IMG/VR virus record: IMGVR_UViG_2630968342_000014
DNA length: 21,069 nucleotides
Source: a virus
Taxonomy: Duplodnaviria; Heunggongvirae; Uroviricota; Caudoviricetes
Direction: 5' to 3' (one strand)
Part shown: piece by piece, positions 7,916 to 15,081 of the stretch
How positions within the stretch are numbered: position 1 is the first letter of the stretch
Layout of the letters: the number at the start of each line of letters is the position of its first letter
The notes under the pieces: model-generated
The model's input: the letters and a program-made list of their open reading frames with translations, nothing else
The model's database searches: none
Told to the model about the DNA's origin: nothing
Translations under genes and position numbers: made by a program

Positions 7916-7972
7916 TATGTGGTTTGAACGAGTAGCCAAGGAGTGCAAGGATTATCAAAAAAAGGAGGTTGT

Positions 7973-8863
7973 ATGGAAGACGCGCTTTACGCTTTTAATT
8001 ACACACAGAACCGGGACAAGTTATTTGCTAACTTGATTAGCATCATTGATGGAATCATTGCAGATGGAGTTGTCCGTGAAGAGGAGGTTCTTTACTTAGA
8101 TACATGGTTACTTGAAGCAAAGCAGATTATCAATAATGGAGTTATAAAAAGTCTATCTGCTCGGGTGTCGGATATTCTTGCGGATGGAATAATCACATCA
8201 GAAGAACGTGATGACCTTAAAAATAGCCTTCTCCAAATACAGAGGGAAATTCTTGATATCCCTGAAATTGATTTTTACTCCAAGGATGTAGATGTCCATT
8301 TACTTAATGGACTATGTAAAGGATTAATTGCTGATCGGAACTTAACTCAAGAAGAAATAAGATATCTTAATTGGTGGCTTGAGCAAAATGGAGCTTTGAA
8401 GAACAACTACCCAGGAAAAAAACTTTATGCACTTGTAAAGGAAATTCTTAAAGATGGTGTTATTACTGAAGATGAGAGTTTAACTCTACATAAGGCATTA
8501 GTAGACTTCACAGGATGTGACTTGGAAAGTGGGGTGGTGGATGGTTTGGCGACCAGGCTGCCTATTGATGTAGGGGCTTCGATAGAGTTAGAGGGTAAAA
8601 CCTATTGTCTTACAGGCACTTTTGTTGCAGGAAAGAGAGCCGTAGTTGAAAATTTGATTAAAAATGCTGGTGGGAACATCAGTAGTGGAATTACTCAAAA
8701 GTTGGATTTTTTAGTAATTGGGACGCTTTCCTCCCGTGATTGGAAATTCTCTAGTCACGGAAGGAAGATCGAAAAGGCTATATCTTATAGGGATGATAAT
8801 GGTGCAAAACTTAAAATTATTTCTGAAGAAATGCTTTTCGATGCATTACCAAGTTCGCGATGA
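7973..8863 (+). CDS. BRCT-domain protein with four N-terminal ~40-aa helical repeats (accessory gene)
   Basis: The track ORF starts at GTG 7943, but the ATG at 7973 has an AAAGGAGG Shine-Dalgarno. C-terminus (GKTYCLTGTFVAGKRAVVENLIKNAGGNISSGITQKLDFLVIGT...KLKIISEEMLFDAL) has the pattern of a BRCT domain like the C-terminus of NAD-dependent DNA ligase. N-terminal half carries four repeats of the form L-x-x-ILADG-x-IT-x-EE-x-x-L. AT-rich. The 3' end overlaps the cI 3' end. Confidence 0.7.
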   Translation: MEDALYAFNYTQNRDKLFANLISIIDGIIADGVVREEEVLYLDTWLLEAKQIINNGVIKSLSARVSDILADGIITSEERDDLKNSLLQIQREILDIPEIDFYSKDVDVHLLNGLCKGLIADRNLTQEEIRYLNWWLEQNGALKNNYPGKKLYALVKEILKDGVITEDESLTLHKALVDFTGCDLESGVVDGLATRLPIDVGASIELEGKTYCLTGTFVAGKRAVVENLIKNAGGNISSGITQKLDFLVIGTLSSRDWKFSSHGRKIEKAISYRDDNGAKLKIISEEMLFDALPSSR

Positions 8864-9532
8864 CCAGAATACCCTACCTATAACATGAATTCTGGCTCGT
8901 CTATCTTCAAAGGTGAGTATTTCATCTGGGTACTCATCTTTGTTGAAGCTTCTAAGAATCAAGCCACCGTCAGGTAAGTTGATAAGTATTTTAACCCTTA
9001 GCAATACACCATCTCGTACGGCATAAAGATCGCCATCACGAATAGGAACGGTTTGAGAAATATCAACGGCAACAAGATCTCCATTATTGAGAACCGGTAA
9101 TAAACTGTTCCCCCATATTTGTACGATCTTGGCATTAGATGCACATACGCCAGATTTTCTCAAATCTGCTCTTCTTAACGGAAACCAGTCAATAGCTGAT
9201 TCAACTATTTCAGCCAGACATCCGTTACCTGCCGATAACTCGACATCTAAAACAGGAATGTTTACGAAAATATCGGGGTCTAATGCGGTGCTTTCTGCTT
9301 CTTTTACAACAAGATCAGGTATGGATGCGTTGTCTTCAATACCAAGTTGTAACCACTTTTGTGATACACCTAAAACTTTTGCAATTTCTTTAATTTTGCG
9401 CGGTTGTAGAGTTTCGCCATTCTCTATTTTGGCTACAGATTGTTGTGAAAGTCCAATTTTTTCAGCTAGTTGAGCTTGGCTCATGCCAGCTTTCTCTCTA
9501 CCTATCTTTAATCGTTCTGCCAGTGTTTTCAC
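8846..9532 (-). CDS. cI: cI-like prophage repressor (HTH_XRE N-terminus, S24 LexA-like autopeptidase C-terminus)
   Basis: N-terminal XRE-type HTH (LAERLKIGREKAGMSQAQLAEKIGLSQQSVAKIENGE). Probable Ala-Gly cleavage site (ELSAGNG). Catalytic Ser (WGNSLLP) and Lys (LLRVKIL) in the C-terminal domain. GTG start at 9532 with AGAGGGA Shine-Dalgarno. Divergent from a Cro-like gene. Confidence 0.9.
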   Translation of the reverse strand: MKTLAERLKIGREKAGMSQAQLAEKIGLSQQSVAKIENGETLQPRKIKEIAKVLGVSQKWLQLGIEDNASIPDLVVKEAESTALDPDIFVNIPVLDVELSAGNGCLAEIVESAIDWFPLRRADLRKSGVCASNAKIVQIWGNSLLPVLNNGDLVAVDISQTVPIRDGDLYAVRDGVLLRVKILINLPDGGLILRSFNKDEYPDEILTFEDRRARIHVIGRVFWSSRTW

Positions 9533-9559
9533 AACATATCCCTCTCTTTTTTGATGAGG

Positions 9560-9645
9560 TTACAACTTTATGTTTTAGCTTTCCAACATCTAAAAGTTGT
9601 GGTAAAAGTTGTTAATGTTGTATTCTTGCAGCTCGTAACAACTTA
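9560..9645. promoter_or_regulatory. OR-like operator/promoter region between cI and cro (divergent promoters)
   Basis: 136-bp intergenic region with at least four copies of the half-site ACAACTT/AAGTTGT in both orientations (9562, 9594, 9606, 9638). The same motifs recur near 7870-7920. Confidence 0.6.
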
Positions 9646-9667
9646 ACTACCAAAAAAGGAGAAAGCT

Positions 9668-9916
9668 ATGACACCTGAGCAATTAGCCTTATCGGAGGCA
9701 ATCGCTCTGGCTGGTGGTCAATCAGAATTGGCTCGGAAGCTCACAGCCAGCAGCGGTCATTTAGTAAAGCAACAACATGTCTGGAACTGGTTGAACAGAG
9801 AAAAGCGTCCCCCTGCAAAGCTTTCGATATTCATTGAAAAGACCACTGGCATATCAAAAGAAAAATTACGTCCAGATATTTTTCAAAAGATTAAAGATTC
9901 ATCAGATGAAAAGTAA
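9668..9916 (+). CDS. cro: Cro-like / YdaS-like small HTH regulator
   Basis: 82-aa ORF divergent from cI. ATG at 9668 with AAAAAGGAGAAAG Shine-Dalgarno. HTH-like segment (GGQSELARKLTASSGHLVKQ). First gene of the rightward operon. Confidence 0.65.
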   Translation: MTPEQLALSEAIALAGGQSELARKLTASSGHLVKQQHVWNWLNREKRPPAKLSIFIEKTTGISKEKLRPDIFQKIKDSSDEK

Positions 9917-10496
9917 CCACAGTTTTAAGGAGATAGCCGTGGGTAAGCATCACTGGAAAATAGAAAAACAGCCTGAGTGGTACGTGAAAGCTGTCAGAAA
10001 AACTATCGCGGCGTTGCCGGGGGGTTACGCTGAAGCCGCTGACTGGCTGGATGTAACAGAGAACGCTTTATTCAATCGCCTTCGTGCCGATGGCGATCAG
10101 ATTTTCCCGCTGGGATGGGCAATGATTTTACAACGTGCTGGTGGAACTCACTTCATTGCTGACGCTGTGGCGCAGTCTGCAAATGGCGTCTTTGTGTCTC
10201 TTCCTGACGTCGAGGATGTGGACAACGCCGATATTAACCAGCGTCTGCTGGAAGTCATTGAACAGATCGGCAGTTATTCCAGACAGATTCGTTCAGCAAT
10301 CGAAGACGGTGTAGTGGAACCGCATGAGAAGACAGCAATTAACGACGAGCTGTACCTCTCAATTTCGAAGCTCCAGGAGCATGCAGCACTGGTCTACAAA
10401 ATCTTCTGCGCTCCAGAAAATAGTAACGCCCGCGAGTGTGCAGCTCCGGGCGTCGTGGCGTCGATTGCTTCTGGTTGTGGAGAAACTAACGCATGA
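9906..10496 (+). CDS. CII-like regulatory protein (YdaT / phage CP76-type, by position and size)
   Basis: The track ORF starts at TTG 9834; the in-frame ATG at 9906 (MKSNHSFKEIAVGK...) overlaps the cro-like stop. About 196 aa. Immediately downstream of cro as in YdaS/YdaT-type immunity modules. Family assignment from memory. Confidence 0.5.
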   Translation: MKSNHSFKEIAVGKHHWKIEKQPEWYVKAVRKTIAALPGGYAEAADWLDVTENALFNRLRADGDQIFPLGWAMILQRAGGTHFIADAVAQSANGVFVSLPDVEDVDNADINQRLLEVIEQIGSYSRQIRSAIEDGVVEPHEKTAINDELYLSISKLQEHAALVYKIFCAPENSNARECAAPGVVASIASGCGETNA

Positions 10497-10641
10497 ATAG
10501 TTTAACGGCAAATAACCGTTTGTCGCAACAGCTGGTGGTCAGCGTCGCTGAACACCTGTTGTTACGGCATGAATGCAGATTACCAAATCACCTGGCTGTA
10601 AGTAACCACAGAGAACTTTACCTGACTGTGGGGGGCGAGTT

Positions 10642-10821
10642 GTGCAGGAACTTAACCGCTGGTTTCGTGACGGAAGAGGACTTTATGTTCATGTTATTCG
10701 TTGGGAGCCAGAAACACAGCGCGTTATCTATCTTCGCAAAGACTACCCGCATGAGTGCTTTAGTCCTTTGTGGAAATTCAGGCGTGATTTTGTTGAGTGT
10801 GAAGGACCACCAGCATATTGA
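10642..10821 (+). CDS. Possible small ORF (59 aa, GTG start), not in the ORF track
   Basis: Hand translation: VQELNRWFRDGRGLYVHVIRWEPETQRVIYLRKDYPHECFSPLWKFRRDFVECEGPPAY, read from GTG at 10642 with a G-rich Shine-Dalgarno (GGGGGG at 10630-10635). Lies in a 600-bp gap that the track covers only with an implausible N-terminal extension of the rha ORF. Confidence 0.3.
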   Translation: MQELNRWFRDGRGLYVHVIRWEPETQRVIYLRKDYPHECFSPLWKFRRDFVECEGPPAY

Positions 10822-10907
10822 TTCTGCCATTTCGGGACGTTACACTGTCTCTGCACCTTATAAAGCGGGTGCCGGGATTGGCGTCCTGAAATTGATTACT
10901 GAGCATA

Positions 10908-10928
10908 ACCGCGCTCATGCGGTTTTTT
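10908..10928 (+). terminator. Candidate intrinsic terminator (tR1-like position)
   Basis: ACCGC-GCTCAT-GCGGT followed by TTTTTT: 5-bp GC-rich stem, 6-nt loop, U-tract. The reverse strand lacks a U-tract after the stem. Confidence 0.4.
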
Positions 10929-11098
10929 CGTGTCATGAGCATTGCTACGCCCAAATTATGGTGGGGCGTACAGGGCCGACTTCGGTCGGGCCGGGTTCGG
11001 TAGTCTCCGGTAACGCCAACCCTGTACGTCTCACCACCTCTGTGATTGGCGTCCCATGTGGTGAGTTTTCTAAAAAACTGACTACCGGGGCTGTCACT

Positions 11099-11656
11099 AT
11101 GACTACTCTCCCAACCCTCTCTCAACCTGAAATTGCCATCGTTGATGGTCAGGCTGTTACATCTTCTTTGGCTGTTGCTGACTTCTTCTCTAAACGTCAT
11201 GACGATGTTCTGAAAAAGATCCGCATTTTGGATTGTTCTCCAGAGTTTTGTGCCCGCAATTTTGCGGAGACATCAATTTTGGTACGCCAGCCCAACGGCG
11301 GTACTCGCAAACTACCTTGCTATCAAATAACCCGCGATGGCTTCGCGTTCCTTGCTATGGGCTTCACGGGTAAACGTGCTGCCCAGTTCAAAGAGGCATA
11401 CATCAATGCCTTTAACCAGATGGAGAAACAGCTTTCAAATCCCTCTGTACTGAGCGACGTTGCACATAACGCCAGCGTTCTCTATTCCTACATTTCATCA
11501 ATTCATCAGGTCTGGCTGCAGCAGCTTTATCCCATGTTGGCAAAAGCCGAATCCCCGCTGGCTGTAAGTCTGTATGACAGCATCAACGACGCGGCGCTAC
11601 TGGCCAGTCTCATAAATTTGTCGCTGAACCCTTCAGAGGTAAGGGGGCGCAAATGA
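11099..11656 (+). CDS. rha: Rha-family phage regulatory protein
   Basis: The N-terminus from the ATG at 11099 (MTTLPTLSQPEIAIVDGQAVTSSLAVADFFSKRHDDVLKKIRIL...ITRDGFAFLAMGFTGKRAAQFKEAYINAFNQME) matches the Phage_pRha domain pattern. The track ORF 10493-11656 fuses it to an upstream extension that looks non-coding. Confidence 0.8.
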   Translation: MTTLPTLSQPEIAIVDGQAVTSSLAVADFFSKRHDDVLKKIRILDCSPEFCARNFAETSILVRQPNGGTRKLPCYQITRDGFAFLAMGFTGKRAAQFKEAYINAFNQMEKQLSNPSVLSDVAHNASVLYSYISSIHQVWLQQLYPMLAKAESPLAVSLYDSINDAALLASLINLSLNPSEVRGRK

Positions 11657-11877
11657 TCCGGAATATTTTCAAACGGTTTACCAATCAGACTTTCCGTTGT
11701 CCTCGTCCTGGTCAGTGGTACACCACGCCTGCAGGGCATGTTCTACGTGTTAGCCTGGTTGACCGTGAATGTCAGAAGGTGGTTTGTGAACCGCTGGGCC
11801 GTAATTACCGCGTCAGTATGCCGCTTATAGCCTTTTGCTCCGGAAAAATGTTTAAGCGTCTGGGAGGTGTGGCGTGA
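11653..11877 (+). CDS. Hypothetical protein (74 aa)
   Basis: ATG at 11653 overlaps the rha stop (ATGA) with a GGGGG Shine-Dalgarno. No recognisable domain. Confidence 0.5.
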   Translation: MIRNIFKRFTNQTFRCPRPGQWYTTPAGHVLRVSLVDRECQKVVCEPLGRNYRVSMPLIAFCSGKMFKRLGGVA

Positions 11878-12173
11878 ACTGTTTTCAGTTTGTGTGCGGA
11901 TGTGCTTTCGATAACCCGATTCAGCGCCTGATTATGTTGCGTGTTTTGATGTCGGGTTCTTCAGACGGTGAAGGCGAGAGAGTTATTGATCATCAGGTGC
12001 TTGCTGATTTCTGCTGTTGTTCTAAGCAAGCGATATTCAGGGAAACCCTGGCACTGGAAAGAGCTGGTTATCTTCATATCCGAAAAATTGCAACGCTTAC
12101 TATTGATGCAAAAGCCAGACTACAACCTGCGCGTGGCTACACAATTCTCATGCTGCGGAAGGAGGTTGTATGA
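11874..12173 (+). CDS. Hypothetical small protein, possible winged-helix DNA-binding fold
   Basis: GTG at 11874 with GGAGGTG Shine-Dalgarno; alternative ATG at 11934. The 3' end overlaps the start of the replication gene. Fold guess only. Confidence 0.45.
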   Translation: MNCFQFVCGCAFDNPIQRLIMLRVLMSGSSDGEGERVIDHQVLADFCCCSKQAIFRETLALERAGYLHIRKIATLTIDAKARLQPARGYTILMLRKEVV

Positions 12174-13177
12174 GCCGTTACGCCCCCACACCGGAAGTTA
12201 TGGCTATTGGTCAAATTAATATTTCCGGCAATGTTACACCTGCGACCTGGTGGAAATATATTCGACTACCCAGTGGGCGTCCGGATGCGACGGCTATCGC
12301 TCTGCTTTCAGAGATCGTTTACTGGTACCGCCCGACAGAGGTCAGGGATGAGCACACCGGAGCGTTGCTGGGATATCGCAAGCGTTTTCAGGGCGACAAA
12401 CTGCAAAGAAGCTACCAGGCGTTTGCTGAGCAGTTTGGTTTCGGGAAAAGGGAAACCGCAGATGCGCTGAAGCGTCTGCGCGATGCAGGGTTTATTACTC
12501 TGGATTTACGCACGGTGGAAATGCTCGATGGGGTGAAATGCAGCAATATTTTGTTTGTCGGGATCAACCCACAGGCAATTGCGGCCATCACCACACCTTC
12601 TTCTGTTTCGCCAGAAAGTAACAGCAATAATGCAATCAGCGATACAGCTATTACGTTAAAACGGAACACCCCCCGACGTCATAACGGAACAGGGGATACG
12701 CCGAATGTTGATACAAATACAGAGATTACTACAGAGATTACTACAGAGATTACTACAGAGATTACAACGGAGACTAAAAACACTATTGGCGCATCCGCTG
12801 ACGCGTCTGCACCAGCGCGTTCTGCCCGACAGGAATATTCACCGGAATTTGAACAGGCCTGGCAGGAATATCCCAAACGTGCTGGTGGTAATTCAAAATC
12901 CGCCGCTTTTAAAGCCTGGAAAGCCCGAATCAGGGAAGGTGTGACACCCGAAACCATGCTCGACGGTGTGAAACGCTATGCCGCCTGGGTGCGTGTCTCT
13001 GGAAATACCGGTACCCAGTTCGTGAAGCAGGCGTCGACGTTCTTTGGTCCGGATCGTCATTTCGAAGAATCCTGGGAAGTTCCTGCGGTATCTGCAGTCA
13101 GACGCGAGGACCCGTACTTCAAAGCCAGTTACGACAACGTGGACTACAGCCAGATCCCGGCAGGATTCAGGGGGTGA
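12170..13177 (+). CDS. Phage replication initiation protein (O-like / replisome organiser) containing origin-like iterons
   Basis: ATG at 12170 with GGAGG Shine-Dalgarno. N-terminal DNA-binding-like region and C-terminal FEQAWQEYPKRAGG...AAFKAWKARI motif typical of phage replication-initiator C-termini. Four tandem 12-bp repeats inside the coding sequence, as in lambda O where ori lies within the gene. Confidence 0.7.
   Translation: MSRYAPTPEVMAIGQINISGNVTPATWWKYIRLPSGRPDATAIALLSEIVYWYRPTEVRDEHTGALLGYRKRFQGDKLQRSYQAFAEQFGFGKRETADALKRLRDAGFITLDLRTVEMLDGVKCSNILFVGINPQAIAAITTPSSVSPESNSNNAISDTAITLKRNTPRRHNGTGDTPNVDTNTEITTEITTEITTEITTETKNTIGASADASAPARSARQEYSPEFEQAWQEYPKRAGGNSKSAAFKAWKARIREGVTPETMLDGVKRYAAWVRVSGNTGTQFVKQASTFFGPDRHFEESWEVPAVSAVRREDPYFKASYDNVDYSQIPAGFRG
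12719..12775. repeat. Tandem 12-bp direct repeats (ACAGAGATTACT x4 plus a degenerate fifth): candidate ori iterons
   Basis: Read directly at 12719-12766 with a partial copy to 12775; encodes EITT-EITT-EITT-EITT in the replication protein. Position and periodicity are analogous to the lambda ori iterons within O. Confidence 0.7.
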
Positions 13178-13179
13178 GC

Positions 13180-13668
13180 ATGAGTCTTTTGAATGACGTT
13201 CAGAAATTCATTGAAGCCCATCCGGGGTGTACTTCCGGAGACATTGCGGATGCTTTTGCTGGTTACTCACGGCAGCGCGTTCTGCAGTCAGCAAGCAAGT
13301 TACGTCAGAGTGGGCGTGTGGCTCACCGTTGTGAAGGAGATACACGCAGACATTTCCCACGCCTGACTGAGAGAGCGCAGGATCCGGAACCACAACCAGT
13401 TCGTGAAACCAGACCTGTGCGCAATTTCTGTGTCGGCACTAACGACCCGCGGGTGATTTTGTGCCTGACCCGCCAGGCGGAAGAACTGGAGTCCAGGGGC
13501 TTATACCGTCGTGCTGCAACGGTGTGGATGGCGGCATTCCGTGAAAGCCACTCCCAGCCAGAACGAAACAATTTTCTGGCGCGTCGTGAACGGTGTTTAC
13601 GGAAAAGCAGTAAGCGGGCTGCATCAGGTGAAGAGTGGTATCTCTCAGGGAATTACGTGGGGGCTTAA
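13180..13668 (+). CDS. Hypothetical protein (about 162 aa), Arg-rich C-terminus
   Basis: The track ORF starts at GTG 13174; the ATG at 13180 has an AGGGGG Shine-Dalgarno. Occupies the position where lambdoid phages carry P/helicase-loader-type genes but is too short to be a DnaC/P homologue. No confident family. Confidence 0.45.
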   Translation: MSLLNDVQKFIEAHPGCTSGDIADAFAGYSRQRVLQSASKLRQSGRVAHRCEGDTRRHFPRLTERAQDPEPQPVRETRPVRNFCVGTNDPRVILCLTRQAEELESRGLYRRAATVWMAAFRESHSQPERNNFLARRERCLRKSSKRAASGEEWYLSGNYVGA

Positions 13669-14321
13669 TGAGTAATAAATATTGCCAGGCGCTGGCGGAA
13701 CTGCGGAACAAACCAGCCCATGAACTGAAGGAAGCGGGCGATCAGTGGCGCACGCCGGACAACATTTTCTGGGGAATTAACACTCTGTTTGGCCCGTTTG
13801 TTCTGGATCTGTTTACTGACGGTGATAACGCCAAATGTGCTGCGTATTACACGGCGGAAGACAACGCGTTGGCGCATGACTGGTCAGAACGCCTTGCGGA
13901 GCTTAAAGGTGCTGCCTTTGGTAATCCCCCATACAGCCGCGCCAGTCAGCATGAGGGGCAATACATCACCGGCATGCGTTACATCATGAAGCATGCCAGT
14001 GCCATGCGTGATAAAGGCGGGCGCTATGTTTTCCTGATCAAAGCTGCCACCAGCGAAGTGTGGTGGCCGGAAGATGCAGATCATATTGCTTTTATTCGCG
14101 GGCGTATTGGTTTTGAACTGCCTGCCTGGTTTATCCCGAAAGACGAAAAGCAGGTGCCAACAGGTGCTTTCTTCGCTGGTGCTATTGCTGTTTTCGACAA
14201 GACCTGGAAGGGAGCGGCAATCAGCTACATCGGGCGCGATGAACTTGAGGCATGTGGTGAGGCATTTCTGGCGCAGGTTCGCCAGCAGGCGGAAAAACTG
14301 GTCAGGGAGATGGCGGCATGA
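13668..14321 (+). CDS. Phage DNA N6-adenine methyltransferase (Dam-type)
   Basis: The ATG at 13668 overlaps the upstream stop (TAATG). Contains the N6-MTase catalytic tetrapeptide NPPY (AFGNPPYSR). The track ORF starts further upstream at 13635. Confidence 0.8.
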   Translation: MSNKYCQALAELRNKPAHELKEAGDQWRTPDNIFWGINTLFGPFVLDLFTDGDNAKCAAYYTAEDNALAHDWSERLAELKGAAFGNPPYSRASQHEGQYITGMRYIMKHASAMRDKGGRYVFLIKAATSEVWWPEDADHIAFIRGRIGFELPAWFIPKDEKQVPTGAFFAGAIAVFDKTWKGAAISYIGRDELEACGEAFLAQVRQQAEKLVREMAA

Positions 14322-14644
14322 CGACATTAACTCAATGCCAGCAGCAGGTGCTGGATATGCTGATTTCTTATCAGAAAGAACGTGGCTTCCCGCCAACCAA
14401 TCAGGAGGTGGCAACCATGCTGGGATACCGTTCGGTGAATGCAGCGGTGGAGCATCTTCGCGCACTGGAGAAAAAAGGTGTCATCACGATAAAGCGTGGC
14501 GTGGCCCGGGGTATCACTCTTCATACCGCGGTGAAGGACGACGACAGCGAGGCGGTCGGGATTATCCGCGCCCTGCTTGCCGGTGAGGCAAACGCCAGGC
14601 TGCGTGCAGCCCACTGGTTACATGAGAGGGGCCTGAAAGTATGA
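14318..14644 (+). CDS. LexA-like protein consisting only of the N-terminal DNA-binding domain (no S24 peptidase domain)
   Basis: 108 aa; LTQCQQQVLDMLISYQKERGFPPTNQEVATMLGYRSVNAAVEHLRALEKKGVITIKRGVARGITL aligns residue by residue with the E. coli LexA N-terminal winged-HTH as I recall it (LTARQQEVFDLI...[36 protein letters not shown]...SRGIRL). The ORF ends after the linker, so the autocleavage domain is absent. Confidence 0.75.
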   Translation: MTTLTQCQQQVLDMLISYQKERGFPPTNQEVATMLGYRSVNAAVEHLRALEKKGVITIKRGVARGITLHTAVKDDDSEAVGIIRALLAGEANARLRAAHWLHERGLKV

Positions 14645-15036
14645 AGCTAATACTGCCTTTTCCGCCCAGCGTGAACACGTACTGGCGACACCCCAACAAA
14701 GGGGCGTTTGCTGGTAAGAGCCTGATAAGCGCGGCGGGGCGAAAATTCCAGAGCGCGGCGTGTGCAGCAATAGTTGAGCAGTTACGTCGTCTGCCGAAAC
14801 CAACGTCGGCACCTGCTTCAGTGGAGATCGTGTTGTTTCCTCCGGATAACCGGATCCGCGATCTGGACAACTATAACAAGGCGCTGTTTGACGCCCTGAC
14901 CCACGCGGGTGTGTGGGAAGACGACAGCCAGGTGAAAAGAATGCTGGTGGAGTGGGGACCGGTTATCCCGGAAGGGAAGGTCGAGATCACTATCAGTAAG
15001 TACGAAAAAGCGAGTTGCAAATTAGCAACTCGGTAA
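14641..15036 (+). CDS. rusA: RusA-type Holliday junction resolvase
   Basis: 131 aa; the N-terminal LPFPPSVNTYWRH and central RDLDNYNKALFDALTHAGVWEDDSQV match RusA signatures (compare E. coli RusA LPWPPSNNRYY...[26 protein letters not shown]). ATGA overlap with the upstream gene. Confidence 0.85.
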   Translation: MKLILPFPPSVNTYWRHPNKGAFAGKSLISAAGRKFQSAACAAIVEQLRRLPKPTSAPASVEIVLFPPDNRIRDLDNYNKALFDALTHAGVWEDDSQVKRMLVEWGPVIPEGKVEITISKYEKASCKLATR

Positions 15037-15081
15037 CGGAATTGAGCAACACCCTAAATTTGGGTATTACCTCGTTAAAGA

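Noticed and set aside
10961-11038. Possible tRNA in the structured region
   Set aside because: Stem lengths and loops do not fit a cloverleaf (no 7-bp acceptor stem, no GTTCRANYC T-loop in register). Retained only as a generic structured element.
10493-11098. N-terminal 200 aa of the 387-aa track ORF fused to rha
   Set aside because: Rha-family proteins begin with the pRha domain, which starts at the ATG at 11099. The upstream part has no protein-like pattern, contains a terminator-like hairpin and strong stem-loops, and is better explained as non-coding.
10778-11200. 140-aa minus-strand ORF antisense to the cII-rha gap and the rha start
   Set aside because: Arg/Ser-rich low-complexity translation across a GC-rich structured region; no Shine-Dalgarno.
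12679-12957. Overlapping ORFs on both strands across the iteron region (12679-12957 minus, 12705-12944 plus)
   Set aside because: Their translations are dominated by repeat-derived low-complexity strings (VISVVISVVIS, LLQRLLQRLLQRL). They are artefacts of the tandem 12-bp repeats inside the replication gene.
13884-14586. Long antisense and alternative-frame ORFs over the Dam methyltransferase and LexA-like genes (13884-14465 minus, 14074-14586 plus, 14327-14614 minus)
   Set aside because: They overlap genes with clear catalytic or DNA-binding motifs; compositions are Arg/Gly/Pro-rich, typical of off-frame reads in GC-rich coding DNA.
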